Origin: a virus
DNA length: 64,000 bases
IMG/VR virus record: IMGVR_UViG_3300005613_000050
Span: 4,927 to 68,926 of that record
Strand: one strand, 5' to 3'
Shown here piece after piece: positions 1 to 10,100 of the stretch. Position 1 is the first letter of the stretch; every line of letters begins with the position of its first letter. The position numbers and the translations under genes were made by a program. The notes below the pieces were generated by a model that worked only from the letters and a program-made list of their open reading frames with translations, did not search any database and was not told where the DNA came from.

Positions 1-300
1 AAAATTTCTTATGAAAAGCTTCAAGAAATTTTTGACCAAATTGACGCTGCTAAAGTTGTTATTCAAGACCCTGAAACAATTAAGGAGCATATTGAGCTTT
101 GCTTAATATCTGCTGAGACAGTTTCTCAAGCTCTCGGTTATGAGTCTGGAGAAACTGAGAAAGCCAAAGAAGAACACGCCGAACGTGCAGCACGTATTGT
201 TACAGCACAACAGGCAGCAACATACAATAATCTCGATAAACGTACAGAAACAGGCTTAGACGTAACTGTTAAAGATAAGACAAGAGGGGAGGGACAATGA
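1..300 (+). CDS. 3' end of probable portal protein (partial)
   Basis: Open frame from base 1 (KISYEKLQEIFDQ...KDKTRGEGQ*) ending TGA at 298-300, overlapping the next ATG; the call rests on position upstream of scaffold and coat. Confidence 0.45.
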   Translation, partial: KISYEKLQEIFDQIDAAKVVIQDPETIKEHIELCLISAETVSQALGYESGETEKAKEEHAERAARIVTAQQAATYNNLDKRTETGLDVTVKDKTRGEGQ

Positions 301-746
301 CACCCTATATAACAGAAGAAGATGCAGATGCTTATTTTGATGAACGATTAAGAACAAGCCCTTGGGATGATACAACAGAGAGTAGTGGTGATAGGTTAAG
401 AGCTTTAAAAGAAGCGACAAGACTTATTGATAGGTTAAACTTTAAAGGTGATAAAACGTCTTCAACACAAGAACGGGAGTTCCCCAGAGAGGAGGAAACA
501 ACAGTACCTACAGACATACAATATGCGTGTGCGGAAATTGCTTTAAAACTATTAGATGATTTTGATCCAGACATGGAGGTTGAGAACCTTGGGATTGTGT
601 CTCAAGGAATCTCAACAGTAAAATCTACCTATGACCGTTCATATGTAATGGATCATTTGAGAGCGGGTATACCAAGTGCAACAGCTTGGAGTTATCTTGT
701 ACCTTATCTTGCTGATTCAAATGCAATAAACGTGAATAGGGTTTAG
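297..746 (+). CDS. Head-tail adaptor (DnaT-like/gp15-type)
   Basis: YITEEDADAYF, RALKEATRLIDRLNFKG, EFPR, VPTDIQYACAEIAL motifs typical of phage adaptors. Confidence 0.65.
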   Translation: MTPYITEEDADAYFDERLRTSPWDDTTESSGDRLRALKEATRLIDRLNFKGDKTSSTQEREFPREEETTVPTDIQYACAEIALKLLDDFDPDMEVENLGIVSQGISTVKSTYDRSYVMDHLRAGIPSATAWSYLVPYLADSNAINVNRV

Positions 747-759
747 TAAGGAGAAAGAA

Positions 760-1527
760 ATGGAATTTTTGAGTTACCAAATCAAGTGGGTTGGCGAGGA
801 TCAGGAACCGAATCAGGAACCGAATCAGGAACCGAATCAGGAACCGAATCAGGAACCTAAAAATAAGACCTACAGTCAAGCTGAGTTTGATAAACATATG
901 GCAGGTTTACGCCGTAAAAATGAATCTCAAGTTGAAGCTATGTCTAAAGAACTTGAGACTCTTAAAGAACGCAGTAACCTAACAACCCAAGAACGTGCTG
1001 ATTTGGAGACTCGTCTTGAGACTCTTAAAGAGGAATCAATGACGAAAGAGCAAAAACTTAATAAGCAGTTGAAGAAAGTCGATACTGAGTGGGCAAATAA
1101 GTTTAAGACTCTTGAAGAGAAACATAATGATCTCAGTAACCGCTATGAGAATGAAACAATTAACCGTGCAATTACTAATGCAGCAATAGACGGCGATGCG
1201 TTTTCCCCCGAACAAATTGTCGCTATCCTGCGTCCTACCACTCAGTTAATTCCTGAGTTGGGTGAGAATAAAGAACCTACCGGTAATTTGCTTACTATTG
1301 CAAACTTTACTGGGATTGATGAAGAAGGTAACACTGTAACAGAGAAATTACCCGTACAAGAAGCTGTTAAACGGATGCGAGAGATGCCGGAAAAATATGG
1401 TAATCTCTTTAAATCCGATTCCTCTTCTGGTGTGGGGCGTGGTAACAGTAATAATAATACAGACGATGATGCAAAATATAGTGGCGACATGAACTCATTC
1501 ATGCGCCGTAGGAAAAAAGAAAGGTAA
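760..1527 (+). CDS. Capsid scaffolding protein
   Basis: AAGGAG RBS, KTYSQAEFD motif, long coiled coil, Gly/Ser-rich C-terminus, directly upstream of coat. Confidence 0.75.
   Translation: MEFLSYQIKWVGEDQEPNQEPNQEPNQEPNQEPKNKTYSQAEFDKHMAGLRRKNESQVEAMSKELETLKERSNLTTQERADLETRLETLKEESMTKEQKLNKQLKKVDTEWANKFKTLEEKHNDLSNRYENETINRAITNAAIDGDAFSPEQIVAILRPTTQLIPELGENKEPTGNLLTIANFTGIDEEGNTVTEKLPVQEAVKRMREMPEKYGNLFKSDSSSGVGRGNSNNNTDDDAKYSGDMNSFMRRRKKER
800..859 (+). repeat. 12-bp tandem repeat x5 (ATCAGGAACCGA) encoding QEPN linker
   Basis: Direct reading. Confidence 0.95.
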
Positions 1528-1533
1528 TAAAAT

Positions 1534-2922
1534 ATGAAGACTTTGAGTTACCAAATCAAATGGATCGGTGCTAATGACGTAGATGCGCTTGTTCCCGAAA
1601 AATGGGCGATGGAAGGTCTTGCTCTGCTTCACGAGAATATGGTTGTTAAGCACCTTGTTCACACTGATTATAGTAATGAGATTCAGCGTGAAGGCGATAC
1701 CGTAAACACCCGTAAACCGAGCACCTTTACTGCTATCCGTAAGACTGATGCAGATACGGTCACGGTTCAGGATGCTACTGTAACGAATATTCCTGTCCTC
1801 CTCGATCAGCACCTGCACACTTCGTTCCTTATTAAGGATGGCGAAGAGAGTAAGTCGATGAAGGATCTCGTTGCTGAGTTCCTGCAACCTGCTATGCTTA
1901 GTATTGCTTCTCGCGTCGATCTCATGCTTCTTGGTCAGTTTCCGCGCTTTATGTCTAATGCTGCGGGTAGCCTTGGTACGCTGACTTCAACGACTGCGAA
2001 ACAACGTATTCTTTCTGCCCGTCAGGTCATGAATGATCTTAATGTTCCTGTTCAAGATCGTAACATGATTTGGAATACTGCTTCGGAAACGTCTGTACTT
2101 GATACCGACTTGTTCTTGAGTGCTGAACGTGTTGGTGATGATGGTACGGCTCTCCGTGATGCGAGTCTTGGTAAGAAGCTTGGTTTCAACCACTTCATGT
2201 GTCAGAACATGGCGAACATTGCTACTGGTTCGACTGCTGTGACTGGTGCTGTGAATAAGAGTGGTGGTTATGCTGCTGCAAGCACAACTATTGTTGTTGA
2301 TGGTTTCAGTGCTGCCATTACTGCCGGTTCTTATGTGACAATCGCTGGTGATATGATTCCTCGCCGTGTTGCTTCGACTGTTGGTGGTGCAACCCCGACG
2401 ACTATTGTTCTTGCTACTGGTCTGACGAGTGCTGTCGCTAATGATGCAGTTGTGACTGTCTATACTCCGGGCGCTGTGAATCTCAGTGGCGGTTATGCTG
2501 TTGGTTATGGTGGTAAGATTGCAGTTGATGGTTTCACTATTGCACCGAAAACTGGTCAGATTATTGCATTCGGTGACAGCACGACCACTGATTATTACAC
2601 TGTTATGGCGGCGACGACCACTCAGATTGAGCTTGATCGTCCTCTGGCTACTGCTATCAGTAATGATGATGCAGTCTGTGTCGGTCCTGCGGGAGAATAC
2701 AACTTCTTCTTCCGGCGTAATGCGATCTCGTTCGTGAACCGTCCTCTTGCTCTGCCCCGTACTAATGCAGGTGCTTTGAGTGCAGTCATGGACTATGAAG
2801 GTATTGCGCTTCGTATCGTTATCACTTATGATGGTGATAAGCAGGGTCACTTGGTCACGTGTGATACCCTCTGTGGTGTTGCACAATATGATAGTGATGA
2901 AGGTGGCGTATTGTTCGGTTAA
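1534..2922 (+). CDS. Major capsid protein, P22 coat-like HK97 fold with duplicated insertion domain
   Basis: ALVPEKWAMEGLALLHENMV, GDTVN, LGKKLGFNHFMCQN, C-terminal CDTLCG; optimised codon usage; followed by terminator. Confidence 0.9.
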   Translation: MKTLSYQIKWIGANDVDALVPEKWAMEGLALLHENMVVKHLVHTDYSNEIQREGDTVNTRKPSTFTAIRKTDADTVTVQDATVTNIPVLLDQHLHTSFLIKDGEESKSMKDLVAEFLQPAMLSIASRVDLMLLGQFPRFMSNAAGSLGTLTSTTAKQRILSARQVMNDLNVPVQDRNMIWNTASETSVLDTDLFLSAERVGDDGTALRDASLGKKLGFNHFMCQNMANIATGSTAVTGAVNKSGGYAAASTTIVVDGFSAAITAGSYVTIAGDMIPRRVASTVGGATPTTIVLATGLTSAVANDAVVTVYTPGAVNLSGGYAVGYGGKIAVDGFTIAPKTGQIIAFGDSTTTDYYTVMAATTTQIELDRPLATAISNDDAVCVGPAGEYNFFFRRNAISFVNRPLALPRTNAGALSAVMDYEGIALRIVITYDGDKQGHLVTCDTLCGVAQYDSDEGGVLFG

Positions 2923-2933
2923 GTTACTAACTC

Positions 2934-2970
2934 AGATAGGGGAGTCTTTAAGACTCCCCTATCTACTTTT
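2934..2970 (+). terminator. Intrinsic terminator after coat gene
   Basis: AGATAGGGGAGTC-TTTAA-GACTCCCCTATCT then ACTTTT. Confidence 0.85.
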
Positions 2971-2982
2971 AAGGATATAACA

Positions 2983-3405
2983 ATGTCTGATTATTTATAT
3001 AAAAGATCAGCACGTAAAATATTATACAGATTATCACGGCAGTACGGCACACAAGTAACATTCTCTCGTATTTTAAGCAAAACAAAAGATTTTGAAACAG
3101 GTGAATTTGTATATACAACTGAAGCAGAGACAGTAAAACGAGGTATATTACTTCCTTTGAAAATGAGTTCGTTATACTCGTATGATCTAACTTTCTTAGC
3201 TGCAAATAAAAACTTCCAATATGGGGCTAATTACGATGCGGGTTTACGATATATAATTATAGATCAGCGAGATATAACATTTGATGTTGGGCTACAGGAG
3301 TTTTGTTATATTGGTAGCATAAAGTATGAGGTATTATCTTTTGAAGATTTTGCGCCTTCAATAGCTCAAATTGCACGTATAAGACTGACACAGAATAGGG
3401 AGTAA
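2983..3405 (+). CDS. Head closure/stopper protein
   Basis: Position after coat; beta-rich; DFETGE motif. Confidence 0.55.
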   Translation: MSDYLYKRSARKILYRLSRQYGTQVTFSRILSKTKDFETGEFVYTTEAETVKRGILLPLKMSSLYSYDLTFLAANKNFQYGANYDAGLRYIIIDQRDITFDVGLQEFCYIGSIKYEVLSFEDFAPSIAQIARIRLTQNRE

Positions 3406-3408
3406 CAA

Positions 3409-3624
3409 ATGGAAATATTTTTTGGTTTAGCTTCAACAATAATTTTGGGGCTTATTGCAGTTATATATGCTAATTTAAATTCCAATGTTAAACAACTTTG
3501 GAAAGTTTTAGACGACATAAAATATGAATTTGCAAAATTGAGTAAGGCTCTTGTTGAACAAGAACTCCAAAATGAAAAACGTTTTGTAACGAAAGAAGAA
3601 TGTAAGAGTTGTCGTGGGGATTGA
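3409..3624 (+). CDS. Small membrane-anchored coiled-coil protein
   Basis: N-terminal TM helix, coiled coil, FVTKEEC ending; RBS GGGAG. Confidence 0.55.
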   Translation: MEIFFGLASTIILGLIAVIYANLNSNVKQLWKVLDDIKYEFAKLSKALVEQELQNEKRFVTKEECKSCRGD

Positions 3625-3649
3625 GTTATTAACTTAAGGAGTAAACAAT

Positions 3650-3892
3650 ATGAATCTTAGGTTCTGCTACTCAAAAGACGAGTTAGAAATATACTGGATC
3701 GTTTGCGCGAATCAGGCTGATTGTGATTCACTATCAAACCTTTATATTCCTAACAAGTTAAACGACACAGGCGACCCAGACACATTCGCCGTGACTAATT
3801 ACATGGATGTTTCTGGTGATGATATTTTCTGCCTTTACGGTTCGCGTACTAAGTATGTTGATGTTCTTGATAGTGAAATAAAGGAGATATGA
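3650..3892 (+). CDS. Hypothetical protein
   Basis: AAGGAG RBS, ATGA overlap with next gene. Confidence 0.55.
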   Translation: MNLRFCYSKDELEIYWIVCANQADCDSLSNLYIPNKLNDTGDPDTFAVTNYMDVSGDDIFCLYGSRTKYVDVLDSEIKEI

Positions 3893-5484
3893 TGGCTTGG
3901 AGTTCTGGGTTGCAAACAAACCTTATATCTCTTCACGAGTTTGACACTACAAATGAGACTAATCTTGGGGTGCCAACTGTAGGCACCTATAACGCGACAA
4001 ATGTTAACGGTGTTTTATATTCAAAGATAAAGGAGGGCACTGCTTGCCATGTGAACGGTGGATTAACATCATACCTTGAGTCAACTACCGCCCCATCTGT
4101 TAGTACAAATTTCTCGTTTAGTATGTGGCTTAGACAGACAGCCGGATTATCCGTAACCTACAGCTATATATCAAAGACTCAAACAAACAAAGAATTCTTG
4201 GTTTACTCTGATACTGTAGGAAATTTAATATTTCAACTTTTCTTGGCTGGTGGTCAGGTTGCAGCAGTATCACAGCCAATAGTACGTAATGCAACATATC
4301 ATATTGTTGGGACATGGGACTCATCTGTCGGAACGAAATTATATATTAATAACGGAACCCCAGCTGCGACCGCTTATACTGGTTCGTATAATTCTGGCGT
4401 TTCGTCTACGCTCCAAATTGGTGCGCGAAATGGTGGTCAAGTTGGTAACGGGTGGATCGGTCAAGTAGCGTTTTGGAATAGGACTCTATCTGCTTCAGAC
4501 GTTGCGGAGCTATACAATAGCGGTACTATGTTGCCGTATGTTGACTCACCTACAGACGATCAAATATTAGAAGCTGCAGGAGGCAACTACCACGATCCAG
4601 AAAATAGCGAAGTCCTAAAGGATGCACGGGTAGGCGTTGCTCCTCGTGTCGGCACGTTTGATGAAGCGGCACGTAATATCGACCCACTTGAAGAAAATGT
4701 TAAAGATGGTACAGCTTATAAGATTCTTAATGCAGATAAAACAGGTTCATTAGCTACAGGGCTTTTAACTCCTGCATTATCTATTGACGGGAACTTATTA
4801 GCAACAATAAGTAACAGCGAAACAGATTATGAGAATCATTTGAGTATACTTAAAGTTAGTAACTCAAAGTGGCATACAATCGGTTCGAGAACAGGGGATG
4901 GCACCTTACAGATTGCGGGTTTATCGGCAGGTGATTATACTGCTAGGGTAATGTCTATAGGGTCGCCCGGAACTGTTAGTGATAGCGTTGCATTTAGTGT
5001 GTCGGGGGATGCGCTTAATGGCGGCGTTAATGCTAACTGGGGGAGATGGATTTATGCCTCTATATGTAAACATTTCAATACTCATAGAGGGGATTATACT
5101 ATGTTTGTTGAAGGCGAGGAGAAGGACATTAGAGGGAATTCATCTTATTTTGAATTACGCGTAGATGGTCCTTATTATACGCAAAGCATGCACGGTTTTT
5201 GGGATTGTAGAATCGAGATAAACACTGTCTTTACTTTTGCAAATAAAGATAATGTTTTTTATGCTCGTGAGTTTGCAGATAAGCTAGCATCAATATTTAC
5301 TACTATTAGTTGTTATCGTTATGGTAATGGTATTTATGATGATGATACACTTTTAGGCTGTTTACAACCTATAGAAGGGTATAGGGAAAAGTTACAAATT
5401 AGTCAGTTTGGTGTTATGCCTAATGCTGAGGTACAGCAAGGCTCGATAGAAAGGCATTACAAGATGGAATTAGCGGAGGAATAA
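3889..5484 (+). CDS. LamG/ConA-domain protein fused to a probable tail terminator domain
   Basis: FSFSMWLR, YHIVGTWD, LYINN, IGQVAFWNRTLSASDVAELYN (LamG); C-terminal ~150 aa from NANWGRWIYASI lies directly before the major tail gene. Confidence 0.6.
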   Translation: MMAWSSGLQTNLISLHEFDTTNETNLGVPTVGTYNATNVNGVLYSKIKEGTACHVNGGLTSYLESTTAPSVSTNFSFSMWLRQTAGLSVTYSYISKTQTNKEFLVYSDTVGNLIFQLFLAGGQVAAVSQPIVRNATYHIVGTWDSSVGTKLYINNGTPAATAYTGSYNSGVSSTLQIGARNGGQVGNGWIGQVAFWNRTLSASDVAELYNSGTMLPYVDSPTDDQILEAAGGNYHDPENSEVLKDARVGVAPRVGTFDEAARNIDPLEENVKDGTAYKILNADKTGSLATGLLTPALSIDGNLLATISNSETDYENHLSILKVSNSKWHTIGSRTGDGTLQIAGLSAGDYTARVMSIGSPGTVSDSVAFSVSGDALNGGVNANWGRWIYASICKHFNTHRGDYTMFVEGEEKDIRGNSSYFELRVDGPYYTQSMHGFWDCRIEINTVFTFANKDNVFYAREFADKLASIFTTISCYRYGNGIYDDDTLLGCLQPIEGYREKLQISQFGVMPNAEVQQGSIERHYKMELAEE

Positions 5485-5485
5485 T

Positions 5486-5992
5486 ATGTATGAAATTAAA
5501 TGGGTTGGTGCTCAAATTGAAATGAAGAACACCATTTTAAAAATTAAAGATGGTGGAGCAAATGAGTTACAGATCAAAATTGGTGAAGGTACTTTAACAT
5601 ATGACGAAAAACGTAACATGGAATATGTTAAAGATCGTGGAGTTTTGGATAGTGTCCGTGAAGGTGATGAAGAAGCAATGGATGTTTCTTTTGAGTTTGT
5701 TTGGGAACAACTCACGGCAGTATCGACTTCTGGTTCTGGTACACCTACAATTGAAGATGCACTTAAACAGCGTGGTGAAGCTTCTGGTTGGGTGACGACT
5801 TCTTCGGATGAGTGTGAGCCTTATGCAGTTGATGTTGAGGTTGTTCATACACCGAACTGTGGGTCTGAATCTGCAGAAACCATTTTACTTCCTGATTTCC
5901 GTTGGACGAGTTTGGCTCATGATCTTAAAGCAGGTACTGTGGCAGTATCTGGTCGGTGTAATGCAAAAGAAGCAACTATTACACGTGCATAA
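5486..5992 (+). CDS. Major tail (tube) protein
   Basis: 168 aa beta-rich protein before the frameshifting chaperone and tape measure gene. Confidence 0.65.
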   Translation: MYEIKWVGAQIEMKNTILKIKDGGANELQIKIGEGTLTYDEKRNMEYVKDRGVLDSVREGDEEAMDVSFEFVWEQLTAVSTSGSGTPTIEDALKQRGEASGWVTTSSDECEPYAVDVEVVHTPNCGSESAETILLPDFRWTSLAHDLKAGTVAVSGRCNAKEATITRA

Positions 5993-6002
5993 TTCTTTTT
6001 TG

Positions 6003-6033
6003 TTCCCACCTGAGTTACTAACTCAGGTGGGAA
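6003..6033. promoter_or_regulatory. Perfect 15-bp-arm inverted repeat centred on the dispersed palindrome
   Basis: TTCCCACCTGAGTTA-C-TAACTCAGGTGGGAA; no U-tail on either strand. Confidence 0.7.
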
Positions 6034-6053
6034 AACCCTTATGAGGAGTAGAT

Positions 6054-6509
6054 ATGAAAATTGGCGGTAAAGTAATTGAAGGTAGTTATGTTGAAATTAT
6101 TCCTGTAATTCGTGGCGAAGAAGAAATCATTTTTAAAGCACAGCCTGTATGTGACTATGATGATTTCAATAAGGTTTGTCCAGAACCTACACCCCCTACG
6201 ACAATGAAGCCCGGTGGCGAACAAGGTATTGATCTTAAGAGTCCTGTTTTCCTGGAGGCAATGAATAAACACGCGGAGAAAAAAGCTAATTGGATGTTCC
6301 TTAAAGCCCTCGAACCTACTGAAATTGAATGGGATACAGTTAATATGGCTGATCCAGATACTTTTGAGAATTGGGAGAAGGAACTTAAAGGCCTTAAGTT
6401 TACTGAGTATCAGATTATTACTCTTAAGAATGGTATTTGGGCGGCTCAAGGTTTAGACACTGATAAGATTAAGGCGGCAAAAGAAAGTTTTTTAGCTTCC
6501 GCTCAGTAA
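6054..6509 (+). CDS. Tail assembly chaperone (gpG-like)
   Basis: Position; slippery T TTT TTA near 3' end. Confidence 0.75.
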   Translation: MKIGGKVIEGSYVEIIPVIRGEEEIIFKAQPVCDYDDFNKVCPEPTPPTTMKPGGEQGIDLKSPVFLEAMNKHAEKKANWMFLKALEPTEIEWDTVNMADPDTFENWEKELKGLKFTEYQIITLKNGIWAAQGLDTDKIKAAKESFLASAQ

Positions 6510-6709
6510 AGGCTGAGCATACAGTAATACCAAAAGGTAGAACAGGTATTTATTTACAATGGAGAGCGTGTGAGCGTATGGGTGTACGCCCACACGCTGT
6601 TAAGGAAAATTGGGAGGATAATAGCGTCTGGGAACAGGCAATGCTGCTTGCATATGAGGAGTTAAGAAGCTATGAAGATTCGGGTGCAGACACGGCTGAA
6701 AGGCGTTAA
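6488..6709 (+). CDS. -1 frameshift extension of tail chaperone (gpGT-like)
   Basis: In-frame T_TTT_TTA at 6488-6494, hairpin GCTCAG/CTGAGC at 6501-6518, -1 frame open to TAA at 6709 (SFRSVKAEHTVIPKGRTGIYLQWRACERMG...). Confidence 0.8.
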   Translation, partial: FFSFRSVKAEHTVIPKGRTGIYLQWRACERMGVRPHAVKENWEDNSVWEQAMLLAYEELRSYEDSGADTAERR

Positions 6710-7181
6710 AATTAAACCCATCAACCTTGATGATATTATGTGGGAAATACTTGACACATCAGCTAAGGTTTTGATTACTGAGGTGGCTCATAGAATACCT
6801 GTTTGGACGGGTCAAGCCGTTGGTAGTTTACTACCAGCGGCAAGACTCTTAAAGAAAGTTAAAATTGATTTTAGTCTTTTTCAGCAAAATGGAACCTATG
6901 CTAATTCAACTAAGAACTGGCGTACTGGAGCACAACAAGGTGAAGCAGATAGATTTAAGACTGGTAAAAAATATATTTTTAATTTTGACTCTTCACTTAT
7001 TGACTACATGGTAGAGAACGAACATATAGATCAAGAAGATGTAAATAATAGTTTTCAACGTGAGAGAGCATGGAGAATATTTGAAGAGATAACCCCTAGT
7101 GTGCAAGAATATATAGATGCATTTGTAAAGTGGAAATTTAAAAATGTATTTTCAGGGGCATATGTTGGGAGAGCATTATGA
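6672..7181 (+). CDS. Tail completion protein, HK97 gp10-like
   Basis: IPVWTGQAVGS resembles the PVxTGxL motif. Confidence 0.45.
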   Translation: MKIRVQTRLKGVKIKPINLDDIMWEILDTSAKVLITEVAHRIPVWTGQAVGSLLPAARLLKKVKIDFSLFQQNGTYANSTKNWRTGAQQGEADRFKTGKKYIFNFDSSLIDYMVENEHIDQEDVNNSFQRERAWRIFEEITPSVQEYIDAFVKWKFKNVFSGAYVGRAL

Positions 7182-10100
7182 GTGATTTTGGTGGTCGCAT
7201 TGAATTCCAATTAGGGACATCTATAAAAGATATAGGGGAGTTAAGCGAAGCTCTTAAGTTATTAAATGAAAAAATGTCAGAGCTTGTAACTAAATCACAA
7301 GCTGTTACTGATGCTTTTAATCAAGCTAAAACAGTTGCTAAACTTGAGAAAACACTTGAGAAATTAGCTAAAGCCGAAGCTAAAGTGCTTGAAGAACAAA
7401 AGAAAACAAGCGCGGCATTGAAAAATGCTAAAGCACTTTATACAGATAAGATTGCATCTGTTAAAAAACTAACTGATACATATGATGCTACTAATACAAA
7501 AATAAAAGAAACCAATACATATCTTTTAGATAATAACAGTGTACTTAAAGAAAACCTTAAAGTCTTAGAAGATGGTACGACAGAACTTAAAAGCTATAAT
7601 GTAGCTACAGAGGATCAAGTTCAAGCTAAAAAGAAACTAGAAGCAGCAGAGAAGAAAGCTAATAAAGAGACTCTAAGTGGTATAAAAGGCATACAGCGTT
7701 TAATGTCTTTTACAAATAAATTAGTTAAAGGCGAAAATGAAGCTTCAATACAAAAAATTAAATTAGCTAGAACAACAAGAGAACTTAATGCTGCAGAAGA
7801 TAGCCAAAGTAAACAGTGGGCTACTATGGTTACTCAGGCTAATAAATTAAATAGAGCATACGATCGTGCTGCAAAAATTAAGGCTAAAGAGCATGATGAA
7901 GCTATACGTCTTAATAGGGCTTATGATGCTAATACTCAATTACAAAAGCGTTTAACCTCTAATAAGATTAAAAATGTTCAAGTTACTAACTCATATAATG
8001 CAGCACTTGGTAAAGAGACAATAACCTATAAAGGTGTAACATCAGCGGGTAAACAGTATGTTGCAACAGTAACTAAAGTTAATGGTGTTGTTACAAATGT
8101 TACATCAAGAACTAAAGATGCTAATGCCCAATTAGATGAACAAAAGAAACGCCTAACTAAATTAACATTATCTTGGGCGACTTTTGCTCGTATTGCCGCA
8201 GTACAACTTATACATCGTGCTATAAGTCGTATTACAATGGAACTTCGTGAAGCAACAATATCAGCTAAAGACTTCTCTCTACGTATTGCTGAAATCCAAA
8301 CAATCTCTCAACGTAATCAATTAAGTACAGAAGCATGGGCAGAAGGACTTAAAGAAGTATCTAATAATTTAGGCATTGATGTTCTCGATCAAGCTGAAGC
8401 AGCTTATCAGGCTTTATCTAACCAGATTACTGAAGGCGCTGAGACCTTTGAGTTTCTAACTCAAGCAAGTAAGTTCGCTATAACAACAGTATCTTCATCT
8501 GCTGACTCAGTTAAACTCTTATCTGCTGCTCTCAATGCTTATGAATTAGGTATTGAAGATACTAATAAGGTCGCTGCAAACTTCTTTAAGACGATTGAGT
8601 TAGGTCGTATACGCTCTTCGGAACTTGCAGATACTTGGGGTAAGGTCGCTGTACCTGCTCGAACACTTAATATTCGTATGGAAGACGTTAATGCGTCATT
8701 AGCATTTATGACAATTAATGGTATTAAAGCTGATGAAGCAATGACTCTACTCCGCAATATTGTTCTTAAGTTAATTAAGCCTTCGACTGAGATGAAGAAT
8801 CTCTTTAAAGAGCTTGGAGTATCTTCTGGCGAAGCCGCTATCGCTACCTATGGTTTTGGCGGTTTTATGGCGGAGCTTGAGAAACGAACGAAAGGCAGTA
8901 CCACAGAGCTTGGTAAATTCTTTACTCGTCAGCGAGCATTAACAGGTGCTACACTCTTTGCAGGTAAAGGTTTAGAGAAATATAATGCAACCCTTAAGGA
9001 ACTTATAGCAGGGGAAGCTGATTATGCTAAAGCTAATGAGATTGCCTTAAATAATGTGGGTCGTAAATGGGAGATCTTAGGTACTAAAACCAAGAACTTC
9101 TTTTTAGATTTTGGCGACCTTATTGTCAACAGCACTATTTGGTGGGCAGACTTCTTAGGTGTTTTTGATGATATTAAAATAGCACAGGATTTAGAAAAAG
9201 AATATGCCATACTCCGTAAAGCAAACCAAAAACTAATAGACTCAAATGCTAAAGTTGTTGACGCTTATATTCGCGGGCTTAATCTTGAGGTAGCACAAGC
9301 AAATATAGCTAATAATAAAATTATCGACGCTAATAAAAAGCGTATTGGTATTCTTAAAAAATCTTTTGATGGTTATAAAAGTTATATTGAAGGCGGGTAT
9401 AAAGCCTTAATCGAGACTACTAAAAATCAAATAAAAAGTTTCGCATCTGAAATTGAAGCTATTGAAGCCGGAGGTAAGAAGTTTGAGCAGTTCATTAAAA
9501 GCATACAGATTAGTACCGAAAAACAAATCTTTGAATTCGAGCTAGAAGATAAATCAGTATCAAGACAAATTGATGCAGTAGGCGAGAAATATAGAGAGAC
9601 AATAGAACGAGCAAGAGCAACAGATTTATTTGATCCCGATACAGCTATACAAGAACTTAATAGAGCTAGAGAGTTAGCAACTCAAGGTATCAATCTAACA
9701 CGTCAAGTAAATAAAGAAAACAAGAAGGTTGAAGCTGAACGAACAAAACTTATTAAAGGGCGTAATAAGCTTGAAGTAGCGAAACAAAAAATTATTGATG
9801 CTTATAATCTTAAAATCTTTAATATAGAATCTTACACTACAAAAACAATTAAAGAACGAGCAAAACTAAAAGAAGATGCTAATAAAGAGCTAGCTAAACA
9901 GCTAGAAGATAATAATAACAAGCAAGAAACTTTTGAAAAGAAGTTAGCAGGTATCAAAGCAACAAATATTTCTCAAGAATTTACTGACTATAAACAAGTT
10001 TATGAAGATCTTAATGATGTAATTAAAGGTATACGTGAGCGTCAACAAGAAGCTGAGAAAAAACGTATCGAAGAACTTGGAAAATTAAAAGCTGAGCAGA

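Noticed and set aside
791-982. RIRN-repeat ORF and antisense IRFL ORF (625-897)
   Set aside because: Alternative-frame shadows of the scaffold QEPN repeat
1987-2886. 299-aa antisense ORF; likewise 34689-35384 and 51024-51470
   Set aside because: Antisense shadows of codon-biased or repetitive genes, with no protein-like motifs
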